64,000 nt of DNA from Akkermansiaceae bacterium (GCA_051251915.1 JBPOGF010000019.1:36126-100125), one strand, 5' to 3'; positions 38,479-49,101 are shown, counted from the stretch's first letter. Made by a program: numbers and translations. Notes: generated from the letters alone by a model not told the origin.

Positions 38479-39921
38479 TTATTTTTCTAGTAGCATAAAT
38501 AAAATGTTATCAGAGAATGTTGAGCTCTTGGTTAAATTTAAATGGTCACTAGGGAGGAAAAATACTTGTGAATAGGGTATCGGTGAACGAACTCTTCCGC
38601 TGTTCTTTGTGCCTAATCGCTCGTCGGCTAAGACGCTAGTGCGCACAACTACACCGTCTCCAGGGGTGTAATTATTGTCTTCAAATGTTCCGTCCTGTAG
38701 AAATATTTTGATTCGTTCTTTCGTCTGGATTGCGTCACCTACTACGAGAGAAATACTGGCGGTTTTAGGCATTCCGGAAGCTTTTCTATCCAAGGCACGA
38801 TGGAATTGTTCGGCATTCGCTAAGCAACGATCTAGGTATTTCTTAGCCTGTGATCTGCGTGTTTTTATATCGGTGGTATTTGGCATGAGCCACTGGAGGA
38901 ACTTGTCTTGAGAACTATTGAGTAGCCCCCAGTTATATTTTTCCCAGAGTGCAGAATCATACACATTTACCATGTCCCCCGCATTATTTACAAAAGCATT
39001 ATGACGCGCCCTTGGCATTAGTTCATACATGGATGGGTACGTCCCTACAATGCCTGCCGGGTAACTTGGTAGATTTGTCCCAGCAATAGATTGTAGCCAT
39101 TTAGGGGCGAAATTTTTGCCATTAAGAAGCTCTTGAAATGCGAGGACTGAGCCGCTGTTAGGCGTTCCTACCAGGATGACTTTTCCCACATTCTTAGCAC
39201 CAGACCATGTTAGATTTGGGAGTGATCCATCCTTAGGAAGCTGCTGTTTTCCGTATCTCATGTAGTAGCGAGAAACTAGCCCGCCCATAGAATGCGCTAC
39301 GATATCAAATTTTATATCCTTCTTATCAATTCCAAATTCCTCTTTCATCTTAGCTCTCACAAATTTTCTTTTCTCTATGATGAAAGCATCGAGTCTGGCA
39401 GCGTTCTCAGCATTTGATCTACGCCAGTCATAGTGGAATTGAAAACAAGTGAAGTGATCTGAACCGTAATTGATAGCTCCACTTTTGCCCAGTTCTTCGT
39501 CGCGATAGCCTGCAACACCTAGGGTCTGTAGAATTGCGGAATAGGCTCTAGCTTGTATTGGCACGCCTAATACTTTAAATTTAGCCCTATCCAAGGCACC
39601 TGTGGACACTACTGAGTCTCGGTCAAATTGCCAACCATTCTTGAGGCCTATGGGTAAAGCTATGGACCGAGCTTTCTCAGGGCTCGAAGGACTTGAGTAG
39701 CGGTTATTGAAGACACCCCAAATCTCATGCTCAGACTTTTGGTCATAGAGCTTCGATCCTAAGATACCAGGAATCACAATTACAGGATTTCGGTTTAGGT
39801 CACTCTCTTTAGCTGCTTTTGCGTAGATCAGATTTAGGTCTGGCGATTTCAACTTATGACTACAGCTCAGAGTAAGAATCAAAAATATCCCCAAAGTCAT
39901 TAATTTGAAATGCATTATCAT
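38479..39921 (-). CDS. LCAT/PDAT-like lipase/acyltransferase lipoprotein
   Basis: Lipobox-like LTLSC, PVIVIPGILGSKL, FHYDWRRS, AHSMGG nucleophile, GTPNSGS, GDGVV, C-terminal His (SDHL). Start is uncertain (39915-39948). Confidence 0.8.
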   Translation of the reverse strand: MIMHFKLMTLGIFLILTLSCSHKLKSPDLNLIYAKAAKESDLNRNPVIVIPGILGSKLYDQKSEHEIWGVFNNRYSSPSSPEKARSIALPIGLKNGWQFDRDSVVSTGALDRAKFKVLGVPIQARAYSAILQTLGVAGYRDEELGKSGAINYGSDHFTCFQFHYDWRRSNAENAARLDAFIIEKRKFVRAKMKEEFGIDKKDIKFDIVAHSMGGLVSRYYMRYGKQQLPKDGSLPNLTWSGAKNVGKVILVGTPNSGSVLAFQELLNGKNFAPKWLQSIAGTNLPSYPAGIVGTYPSMYELMPRARHNAFVNNAGDMVNVYDSALWEKYNWGLLNSSQDKFLQWLMPNTTDIKTRRSQAKKYLDRCLANAEQFHRALDRKASGMPKTASISLVVGDAIQTKERIKIFLQDGTFEDNNYTPGDGVVVRTSVLADERLGTKNSGRVRSPIPYSQVFFLPSDHLNLTKSSTFSDNILFMLLEK

Positions 39922-39959
39922 TATTTCAATGCTGAGTGTTTTAACCAATTAGCTCAAGC

Positions 39960-40583
39960 TTATTCATGCCGCATTGCTTGCTCTGCATGCTCCACGTCTT
40001 CTATCCGATCAACATCTGCTAATGATTTTAGGAGTGTGAAGCTTAGATTATTTGATTCAGCCCTGTCTAGAGACTTCTTTAATACAGTTTCAGTGCCCCA
40101 CATGATATCCTTAAAAACTTGATAGTGCTCTCCTGAAAACCCAACTAAAACGTAACCACCGTCATCAGCTGGCACATATACAACATCGTGATGTTCTAGC
40201 TCTAGCAATGTCTCTGCAAATTCACTCTCAGATAGTAAAGGGCAATCCGTTCCCACTACGATTACTCGCTCTGCTCCAGCCTTGAAACATAGTCTAACAG
40301 CGTGCTCCATTCTCTGACCTAAATCTTCGCCTTGTTGGAGGAAATACTGATTCTCACCTAGCCAATCGCTGGCTTCTTCTCGTGTTCCATTTGCTATGTG
40401 AATACTAAATGAAACATCATTTCTTTTACTAGAAAACTCTCGTACACCAGCCACTCTATGGCGCGACATTCTGGTGTGTAGATCCATTGCCCCCATATCA
40501 CCTAGAGCGGGGATCAACCTTGTCTTAACTTCCCCAGGTCTGGGAAACTTAGACATAATGATGATGTGATTTTTTAGAATCAT
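39960..40583 (-). CDS. DUF2064/TIGR04282-type (CofC-like) glycosyltransferase associated with arsenosugar clusters
   Basis: K.PRPGEVKTRL, QQGEDLGQRM, VGTDCP, PADDGGYVLVG, WGT..V, DVD..ED. Confidence 0.88.
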   Translation of the reverse strand: MILKNHIIIMSKFPRPGEVKTRLIPALGDMGAMDLHTRMSRHRVAGVREFSSKRNDVSFSIHIANGTREEASDWLGENQYFLQQGEDLGQRMEHAVRLCFKAGAERVIVVGTDCPLLSESEFAETLLELEHHDVVYVPADDGGYVLVGFSGEHYQVFKDIMWGTETVLKKSLDRAESNNLSFTLLKSLADVDRIEDVEHAEQAMRHE

Positions 40584-40602
40584 ACTTTGCTTACAGAAGC
40601 TC

Positions 40603-41034
40603 TCAAACCTCTAGCAAAGTCTGAGCATATTTATCAAATTGCACCTTAATCTCATCCCTAACGCGGCGGAAATCATTTTTCACTTCTTCATCAGTACCTT
40701 CCGCATCAGCAGGGTCACTAAACGGCCAGCAAAAGTGATTTGTCTCACCTGAGAATGTAGGACAGCAGGTTTCAGCATTTTCACAAACTGTGATCACTGT
40801 ATCTACATCACTATTCATAAATTCATCTAGGTGCTTACTCCTATGGTTAGAGATGTCGATCCCGATTTCCTGCATTACCTCTATAGCTATTGGGTGGACA
40901 TAGCCAGAGGGTTTAGCTCCTGCACTACAGACATTTCTGAAGTCGCCTAGTTTGTGTTGTAGGTAGCCTTCAGCCATGTGGCTTCTACAGGAGTTTCCTG
41001 TGCAGAGAATTAATATTTTTGGTTTCTCATTCAT
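40603..41034 (-). CDS. arsC: Arsenate reductase, LMW-PTPase/thioredoxin-coupled type
   Basis: CTGNSCRS P-loop, VITVC....CP, W.F.DP, FRRVRDEI. Confidence 0.9.
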   Translation of the reverse strand: MNEKPKILILCTGNSCRSHMAEGYLQHKLGDFRNVCSAGAKPSGYVHPIAIEVMQEIGIDISNHRSKHLDEFMNSDVDTVITVCENAETCCPTFSGETNHFCWPFSDPADAEGTDEEVKNDFRRVRDEIKVQFDKYAQTLLEV

Positions 41035-41045
41035 AGGTAGAAAAT

Positions 41046-41993
41046 TTAGTCTGTTAGCACTCCGGAGCAGCTACTTCCCGCACCTGCTGTGCAACCGAAG
41101 CAATGGTTGGCTGTTTTTATGTCTACATCTTTCATGTCATCAGGGGCAATGTCCCATAGATACAGAGGCTTATCCTTCTTCAACTGGTAGTTAAGCATCT
41201 GGTTAAAGTCACAATCGTAAACTTCTCCTTCATAGCCTATATTCAGTGTATTCCGACACATCAATCCCTCAATAGTATCAGGGTTGAAGCTGTTAGATAA
41301 TAATTCCATGTAACCATCATACTCACCGCGCTCTTTTAAATAACTCGCATAACGAGTCACCGGCAAGTTCGTCAAAGCAAACAAGCGTGTAAACTCGATT
41401 CCGTAGCGTTTTTTCAGCTCCACCTTGTAGTCTACTTCTAGCTCATCTTGATCTGGAGGTAAAACTGCCTCAATAGGGTTGTACACCAAAGTCAATGGAA
41501 GCTTAGTTCCATAGCCAGCTGCATTTAATTTACGCAATGCACTAATACTCTTCTTAAACACACCATCACCACGCTGCTCATCTACATTATCCTCTAAGTA
41601 GCAGGGGAGGGAGGCCACGATTTCAACCTCATGCTCGGCCAAATACTCAGGCAAATACGCGTGGGTCTTAGTTTCGATAATGGTCAAATTGTTACGATCG
41701 ATTACATGAGCACCTACTGACTTAGCTGTCTCTACAAAATAACGGAAAAACTCACTAATCTCAGGCGCCCCCCCAGTGATGTCCACCACCTTTGGTCGAT
41801 GCTTCTTAATCCAAGCGCCTACCTTGTGAGCACACTCCTCATCCATCATTTCGGTTCTCCATGGGGATGCCTCTACGTGGCAATGTGAACAGGTCTGATT
41901 GCACTTCCGTCCCACATTGATCTGCAAGGTCTCAAAAGCTCCCCGTTTGATAGAAACGTTATTCTCTTTTAATTTACTTTGAAAGTTTACCAT
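41046..41993 (-). CDS. arsS: Arsenosugar biosynthesis radical SAM protein (DUF3641 family)
   Basis: LQINVGRKCNQTCSHCHV, DITGGAPE, SLPCY, LMCR, YDCDFNQML, HCFGCTAGAGSSC. Confidence 0.92.
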   Translation of the reverse strand: MVNFQSKLKENNVSIKRGAFETLQINVGRKCNQTCSHCHVEASPWRTEMMDEECAHKVGAWIKKHRPKVVDITGGAPEISEFFRYFVETAKSVGAHVIDRNNLTIIETKTHAYLPEYLAEHEVEIVASLPCYLEDNVDEQRGDGVFKKSISALRKLNAAGYGTKLPLTLVYNPIEAVLPPDQDELEVDYKVELKKRYGIEFTRLFALTNLPVTRYASYLKERGEYDGYMELLSNSFNPDTIEGLMCRNTLNIGYEGEVYDCDFNQMLNYQLKKDKPLYLWDIAPDDMKDVDIKTANHCFGCTAGAGSSCSGVLTD

Positions 41994-42011
41994 AATATTA
42001 AGAATTAAGGA

Positions 42012-43157
42012 TTAGCAGCAGTCTGATGCCGCTGTGCTTGCATTATAGTCCAGCCCTTTGGTCTCCCTAGGGTGTCTAGTCACATTACGCGTGCAGTCGA
42101 ACTCGGCAGCATCTTCTAGAGCGATTTCCTCGATAGGTTCGATGAAATAAAACTGCTCAGCATAAGGACGCTTTTTATACAGATTATATGTTTTATCACA
42201 GACCGCATATTTCTGCCCACGTTTGATCACATGACCATCATCATCCACTACAGAGCTAAATGGTCCCTTGTAAACCACCGCTTGATTTCTCTCCAAGCAA
42301 GGGCCTTCTTTCCCTTTCCATGCTTGAATAGTCACGCTCCGGAACTCGATGCCCTCTACCGTCTGCCACGGTGTATCATCACGTTTTAAAATTTCTACAC
42401 CATAGAATCCAGCATCCGTAAACGCCTTTAAGAATCCTTCCTCAGTGTAGGCTCCACTGATGCATCCGCTCCACAAATAGCCGTCGTCTTGCAGATGCTG
42501 AGGAATTTCCTCATCGCTCACAATATCGGAGATGACTGCGCGACCTCCTTTTTTCAACACTCGAAAAATCTCTTCAAACATATTGCTCTTGAGGTCAGTT
42601 TCCACGAGGTTTAGGACACAATTAGAGACTACTACGTCTACGGACTCAGTCTCCACTAGTGGTTTAGACTCGCTGAGAGACTTAGCTATTTCATCTGCTG
42701 CCATCCAGCTATTTGCATCAGTGATAGGGTTCTGGGATAGCACGTCTTCCAGTAAGTTTAAGTCTAATTTTAAGTCCTGAATTCTACCCTTTCTAAATTC
42801 AACATTACTGTAACCTATACGCTCGGCGATGATAGGGGCATTTCTCTCTGCTACTTCTAACATGTCATCAGTCATGTCTATACCGATGACTTTACCAGCA
42901 GCGCCTACCACCTGCGATGCGATGAAGCAAATCTTGCCTGTCCCGCTCCCTAGATCTAAGACTATATCACCTTTCCTGACATACTTAGACGGATCGCCAC
43001 AGCCGTAGTCTTTCTCAATCACCTCCTGAGGAATTACCTCAAGAAATTTTGGATCATAGTCGACAGGGCAACAAAGTGCCTGTTCCGGAGCTGCCGCAGC
43101 ATTAGCATAGCGTTCGCGAGTAGCTGATTCGGCATTGGGTAGGGTGGATTCAGTCAT
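42012..43157 (-). CDS. arsM: Arsenite methyltransferase-like SAM methyltransferase
   Basis: LCCPV, DYGCGDP, LDLGSGTG, SNCVLNL, WSGCISGA, C-terminal extension ending CC. Confidence 0.85.
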   Translation of the reverse strand: MTESTLPNAESATRERYANAAAAPEQALCCPVDYDPKFLEVIPQEVIEKDYGCGDPSKYVRKGDIVLDLGSGTGKICFIASQVVGAAGKVIGIDMTDDMLEVAERNAPIIAERIGYSNVEFRKGRIQDLKLDLNLLEDVLSQNPITDANSWMAADEIAKSLSESKPLVETESVDVVVSNCVLNLVETDLKSNMFEEIFRVLKKGGRAVISDIVSDEEIPQHLQDDGYLWSGCISGAYTEEGFLKAFTDAGFYGVEILKRDDTPWQTVEGIEFRSVTIQAWKGKEGPCLERNQAVVYKGPFSSVVDDDGHVIKRGQKYAVCDKTYNLYKKRPYAEQFYFIEPIEEIALEDAAEFDCTRNVTRHPRETKGLDYNASTAASDCC

Positions 43158-43300
43158 AGTCAGTAATCAATGTATAGTAGATAGAGAAATCGAGAAACGT
43201 TTTATTCCAAGAAAGTATGAAATCTCTTATGTTTTGCTAGAAATCAGCAATGAGAACTCAAAAAAAAAGATGAGCTTTAGGCTCATCAGATGGAGAGAGG

Positions 43301-43345
43301 AATAAACTACGACCTGCAATAAATCGTTGTTAGCAGGTCGTAGTT
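43301..43345 (-). terminator. Intrinsic terminator after pgk
   Basis: AACTACGACCTGC...GCAGGTCGTAGTT 13-bp inverted repeat; a second small hairpin with an A-run lies at about 43259-43287. Confidence 0.75.
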
Positions 43346-43354
43346 GTTAGAATT

Positions 43355-44551
43355 TTATTTATCTGAAAGTGCTGCTACTCCTGGGAGTTCTTTGCCTTCT
43401 AGAAGTTCTAGTGATGCTCCGCCGCCGGTTGAGAGGAAGTCGAAGTCTGATGGGTTGCAGAACTTGTTGGCTGCGGTGACTGAGTCTCCTCCGCCTACGA
43501 TGGTGAGGGCGTCTGCTTTGGCGACTGCTTCAGCGAGGGCGATGGTGCCGGCTGCGAAGTTGTCCATTTCGAACACTCCCATTGGGCCGTTCCAGAGGAT
43601 GGTGCCTGCGCCTTCTACTACTTTGCAGAAGTCCTTGATGGCTACGTCACCGATGTCGATGCCTTCCCAGTCGTCAGGGATTTCTCCGCCTTCTGAGTAT
43701 GGTTTGGTGACTTTGGTTTCTGCGTCATTTGAGAAGTCTTGGGTGATGCGTGTGTCTGCTGGGAGGTGGAACTTGATGCCTTTTTGCTCTGCTGTTTCGA
43801 GGAGTTCTTTAGCGAGTGGGATGAACTCGTCTTCTACGAGTGACATTCCTGTTTTGTATCCTTGTGCTTTGAGGAATGTGTATGCCATGGCTCCGCCGAT
43901 GATGAATTCGTCAGCCTTGTCCATCATTGCTTTGATGACTTGGATCTTATCAGAAACTTTCTTTCCTCCCATGATGGCGAGGAATGGTTTGGCTGGAGTT
44001 TCTAGTTTGCCTTGGAGGAAGTCTAGCTCAGCTGCGATGAGGAATCCCATGGCGCTTTGTGCTACGTGATGAGTTACGCCTTCAGTGGATGCGTGTGCGC
44101 GGTGGGCTGTGCCGAATGCGTCGTTTACGAAGATATCTGCGTTTCCGGCAAGTGCTTTGGCGAATGCTGAGTCGTTTGCTTTTTCAGCGGCGTCGAAACG
44201 TGTGTTTTCTAGGAGAACTGCGTGGCCTGGCTCGAGTTGGGTGCGAAGTAGTGTGGCGTTTTCGCCGATGGTGTCATCTGCGAAGGCTACTGGTGTGCCG
44301 AGGATTTCTGCAAGTCTAAGGCCTACTGGGCGGAGTGAGTATTTCTCTTCTGGTTTGTCAGCCGGGCGGCCCATGTGTGAGCAGAGTACTAGCTTGGCTC
44401 CGTTTTCTAAGAGGTGCTTAATAGACGGGATAGCGGCTTGGATGCGTGTGTCGTCAGTGATTTCAAGTGAGTCGTTGTATGGGACGTTGAAGTCGCAACG
44501 TATGAGGACTTCTTTGCCGTTTACTTGGATGTCTGTGATGGATAGTTTCAT
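43355..44551 (-). CDS. pgk: Phosphoglycerate kinase
   Basis: RCDFNVP, SHMGRP, NDAFGTAHRAHAS, WNGPMGVFE, STGGGASLE. Confidence 0.98.
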   Translation of the reverse strand: MKLSITDIQVNGKEVLIRCDFNVPYNDSLEITDDTRIQAAIPSIKHLLENGAKLVLCSHMGRPADKPEEKYSLRPVGLRLAEILGTPVAFADDTIGENATLLRTQLEPGHAVLLENTRFDAAEKANDSAFAKALAGNADIFVNDAFGTAHRAHASTEGVTHHVAQSAMGFLIAAELDFLQGKLETPAKPFLAIMGGKKVSDKIQVIKAMMDKADEFIIGGAMAYTFLKAQGYKTGMSLVEDEFIPLAKELLETAEQKGIKFHLPADTRITQDFSNDAETKVTKPYSEGGEIPDDWEGIDIGDVAIKDFCKVVEGAGTILWNGPMGVFEMDNFAAGTIALAEAVAKADALTIVGGGDSVTAANKFCNPSDFDFLSTGGGASLELLEGKELPGVAALSDK

Positions 44552-44704
44552 GATTATGGTGTGGTTGAAAATGTTTGTTAAGTTGCTAGGCAGTTAAAAC
44601 GAAGGGGGGTGATAGTGAAAGGCAAATATTTTTTTTGTGAGGCAGTATGGTGGGAATGATTTTAGTCGACTGGTGGTTTATTGGGAGGTTAAAATGGCTG
44701 AGAA

Positions 44705-45139
44705 ATGCATACTATTCATATTGTTTGTGGCTTACCTGCCTCTGGGAAGACGACTTTGGCTAGAGAACTGGCGGTAAGGACTGGGGCTGCTTTTTTTGAT
44801 AGTGATACGGCGACGGATCTGATGGTTCAAGCTGCGCATAGGGCGGCGGGGCTGGATCCTCATGATCGGGATTCTGTGGTTTATAAGCAGACGTATCGGG
44901 AGCCTGTTTATGAGACGTTATTTGCGCTTGCGGAAGAGAATCTGGGGCATACGGATGTTATTGTTGCTGGGCCTTTTACTAGTGAATTAAAGGATAAGGT
45001 TTTATGGTTGGAGGAGCTAGAGAGGCGTTTTTCTGGTGCTGTGGTGGAGTTGCATCACATTGAGATTTCTGAGGAGCTACGGGTGGAGAGGATGCGGAGC
45101 AGGGGGGCGAAGCGGGATGAGGCTAAGCTTGGCGAGTGA
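44705..45139 (+). CDS. P-loop kinase (AAA_33-like)
   Basis: Walker A GLPASGKTT, and lid-like RMRSRGAKRD. Confidence 0.8.
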   Translation: MHTIHIVCGLPASGKTTLARELAVRTGAAFFDSDTATDLMVQAAHRAAGLDPHDRDSVVYKQTYREPVYETLFALAEENLGHTDVIVAGPFTSELKDKVLWLEELERRFSGAVVELHHIEISEELRVERMRSRGAKRDEAKLGE

Positions 45140-45159
45140 TGACTCAAAAAGATGGGCGC

Positions 45160-45191
45160 AAAAAGGGGAGACTTGTGAAAGTCTCCCCTTT
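45160..45191. terminator. Bidirectional intrinsic terminator
   Basis: AAAGGGGAGACTT-GTGA-AAGTCTCCCCTTT between convergent genes. Confidence 0.88.
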
Positions 45192-45219
45192 GGAAATATT
45201 GTTAATTTCTTAGCAGAAA

Positions 45220-46242
<1,023 letters not shown>

Positions 46243-46350
46243 TTAAGTGAAACTGTCCATTTTGGACAGCGCGGGGATTATGGATAGATAATGTCAGAGG
46301 TCAACAGGTAGTTACTGGAAAATTCGTGAAATCATCGTAAATGACTCATT

Positions 46351-47766
46351 TTAGGCTGTTTCTAGTAAGCTAGCCTCTAAAATCTCTAGGATTTCTACGA
46401 TATGAGTAGATTCTAGAGCACCTATAGGTACTAGGAATCTTAAACGGGTAGGGTTTCCTCCTGCTAAGAATGCGATGATGCCTTTCTCGTAGAGGTGGTG
46501 AATGAGTTTGACTACTTTGGCTTGATCGCCGCCGTGTACGGTGCAGCCTGTCATAGCTCCAATTCCGTATGGGCCGGTGAGGAGATCTGGGTGTTTGTTG
46601 GAAATAGCATCGAAGCCATCGACAAATTGTTGATGGAGTTGTGCTGTTTTCCCGTTGGGGCCGAAGTAGGTGCCATTATCGAGTTCATTTAAGATAGCGA
46701 TAGAGGCGGCGATGGTGGCGGATGAGGCGGTGTAGGTCTGAGCGATGAGTCCTGGGCGAGGAAGGAATTCTTTACTGAAGAGTGTGGCGCAGACTTGTGC
46801 CGCCTTGCCTACCCAGACGATGTCGACTAGGTCTGTTAGATTGAATTCTTGGAATGCGAATGGGTGATGTGTCCGGCAGAATGTCTGTACTTCGTCGACG
46901 AGGACGGCGACGTTGTGTTCCTTACAGATTTCCATTAGGGTGCGGTGGAAATTCTCACAACCCATGTGGAAGCCACCTTCACCTTGGATGAGCTCGAAGA
47001 GCATGGCTGCGTGTTTCTTAGGGTGGCGAGTGAGGTGTTTCTTTAAGACGTAGACGGCTTTTGCTGTGCTGCCTTCGGGATCATCGACGTCGTAGAATGG
47101 GACGTAGTCGACGTTAAGTATTTCTGGGAGGCCATCACGGAATGCGGGCTTGTCATTGATCTGAGAGAAGGCGAGTGACCGTCCAGCGAAGCAACGCTCG
47201 AATGCGAGGACGCGTGAGGCTGGGGAGTTTTTCTGCATCGCCATCTTTAGGGCGTTTTCGCCTGCCATTACGCCGGATGAGCTGAGGAAACAGTGAGCGA
47301 GTGAGCTGCCCTCTTTGCGATGAGCTAGATCTAAAAGTTTTTCACAGAGGGTCATGCTGGCGACGTTTTGCTGGAGATTGCCCTGCATGGTTACGTCTTC
47401 GAGGCCTGCTTCGATGCTGGCTTTCATGACAGTTGGGTGACCGTGGCCCATAATGTGAACACCGATGCCGCAGGTGAGGTCATATTTCACACTGCCATCT
47501 GCTAGTTCTACGAATGGACCGCTACCTGCGCCAGTAGATAGGTATGGGAAGAATAATTCACCGCCACGGATATCAGAAAATTTCTTGATGGAATCAGTGT
47601 AGCTTTGCTTGAGTTCAGATTTAGCCGGCTGGATGCCATTGAGTGGTTGTTGGATTTCGAGGCAACGTTTAAGGAGCTGGTCAACAGTTGAGGCAATGGT
47701 GGGATCTGATTTGATTTGATCTGAAATAGTTTGTGACATGGTGATATTGATTGATGGGTGGGACAC
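46351..47766 (-). CDS. Class III PLP aminotransferase (ornithine/lysine/GABA type)
   Basis: MGHGHP, ENALK, FAGRS, ELIQGEGG, DEVQT, GKAAQV. Start may instead be ATG 47739. Confidence 0.88.
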   Translation of the reverse strand: MSHPSINITMSQTISDQIKSDPTIASTVDQLLKRCLEIQQPLNGIQPAKSELKQSYTDSIKKFSDIRGGELFFPYLSTGAGSGPFVELADGSVKYDLTCGIGVHIMGHGHPTVMKASIEAGLEDVTMQGNLQQNVASMTLCEKLLDLAHRKEGSSLAHCFLSSSGVMAGENALKMAMQKNSPASRVLAFERCFAGRSLAFSQINDKPAFRDGLPEILNVDYVPFYDVDDPEGSTAKAVYVLKKHLTRHPKKHAAMLFELIQGEGGFHMGCENFHRTLMEICKEHNVAVLVDEVQTFCRTHHPFAFQEFNLTDLVDIVWVGKAAQVCATLFSKEFLPRPGLIAQTYTASSATIAASIAILNELDNGTYFGPNGKTAQLHQQFVDGFDAISNKHPDLLTGPYGIGAMTGCTVHGGDQAKVVKLIHHLYEKGIIAFLAGGNPTRLRFLVPIGALESTHIVEILEILEASLLETA

Positions 47767-48026
47767 TAGAATGCTTTGGGGGTTTCTGCGAGTGCAATTT
47801 CTGTTAAATTATGTTGTTATCTCAAGTCACGCGAAAATTTATCGAGGTATAGTGTCTGCATGGGTAGGTTGCTGGTAAGTTGCAGCCTTGAGAGTTGATT
47901 TTTTCCGAGCACTAGGTAGTTTCGGCATCAGTCACCAATTGGTGCTTTATTATTAATATTCTTAACCTGCAATGGTTGAGCGATATTACTATAGCAACGG
48001 CTTACGAAAACGAATAGATAAAGATT

Positions 48027-48872
48027 ATGAAAATAGGTATAAATATGCATTTGTGGTCCAACCACGTTACGAGTGAACATTTCTCAGATATAGAGATGAT
48101 CAAGGAGGTGGGGTATGATGGAATTGAGATTTTCCTCGCGGAGCAGGATACTAAAAATTATGGGGAGGTTGGAGACTTTCTTAAGTCGATAGATATGGAG
48201 GTGAATGGTTGCCTAGGGGTAGGGGTGGAGGCGGATCCTATTTCGACTGATGCTGCGGTGAGGAGGAATGCTGTGGATACGATAAAGACGGCGATTGATA
48301 ATATGCATGTTGCAGGAGGTAAGAATATCTGTGGGCCGTTTCATTCTGCGTTTGCTAATTTTTCTAGAAATAGTCCGCAGGAGGATGAGTATAAGCGTAG
48401 TGCTGAGGTACTTAGAGAGTGTGCTGAGCATGCTGCTGAGGCTGGTATTATGCTTACGCCTGAGGCGTTGAACCGATTTGAGTGTTATTTGTGTAATACG
48501 ATGGCTCAGTTGAAGTGTCTGGTGGATCTAGTCGATCATCCGAACTTGAAAGGTATGTTTGATCCGCATCATGCGAACATTGAGGAGAAGTCTTATGCTG
48601 ATGCGATACGGACAATCGCACCTGTGATGACTCATGTGCACATTAGTGAGAATGATCGTGGTGCGCCAGGTACAGGTAATGTGGCTTGGGATGAGGTGTT
48701 TAGCACTATAGCTGAGGTTGGCTATGATGGCTGGTATTATATTGAGGCGTTCTCTCGTGATAATGTGGACTTCGCTAATGCTATTAATGTATGGCGTGAT
48801 TATGATCCTAGAATGGAGATCGTTCAGAAGGGTTACACATTTACTAGAGAAATGATCGCTAAATACGCGTAA
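48027..48872 (+). CDS. Sugar epimerase, D-tagatose/D-psicose 3-epimerase family
   Basis: EALNRFE, FDPHHANIEE, HVHISENDRGAPGTG, YDGW..IEAF. Confidence 0.88.
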   Translation: MKIGINMHLWSNHVTSEHFSDIEMIKEVGYDGIEIFLAEQDTKNYGEVGDFLKSIDMEVNGCLGVGVEADPISTDAAVRRNAVDTIKTAIDNMHVAGGKNICGPFHSAFANFSRNSPQEDEYKRSAEVLRECAEHAAEAGIMLTPEALNRFECYLCNTMAQLKCLVDLVDHPNLKGMFDPHHANIEEKSYADAIRTIAPVMTHVHISENDRGAPGTGNVAWDEVFSTIAEVGYDGWYYIEAFSRDNVDFANAINVWRDYDPRMEIVQKGYTFTREMIAKYA

Positions 48873-48898
48873 TTAATCATTACCATAGAAAATTTATC

Positions 48899-48941
48899 CA
48901 AATCTCAATGAGTGCTTTGTGCATTCATTGAGATTTTTTTT
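48899..48941 (+). terminator. Intrinsic terminator
   Basis: AAATCTCAATGAGTGC-TTTGT-GCATTCATTGAGATTT followed by a T-run. Confidence 0.85.
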
Positions 48942-49101
48942 AAATTTCCGGCTAGCCAAGAATGGTGAGGCCTTGGTGTTACGTGGTGCAATGGATGTTA
49001 GGGGTCGTAGTTTCTCTGGCTAAATTAGTTAATGCATGTTAGAATCTGGTATGTCCTTATAAAAAAGGTGATTAAGTTTTTAAATGTTTCGTGGTTTTGA
49101 G

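Noticed and set aside
41046..43157. Possible selenocysteine in ArsS or ArsM (and in SelO at 25014-26456)
   Set aside because: The relevant positions are ordinary Cys codons and all three ORFs end in TAA; there is no in-frame UGA.
43344..44597. Long plus-strand ORFs (241 aa, 170 aa) antisense to pgk, and similar ones at 33283-33873, 7133-7600 and 37686-38165
   Set aside because: They are shadow frames of confidently identified opposite-strand genes, Ser/Pro-rich with no motifs.
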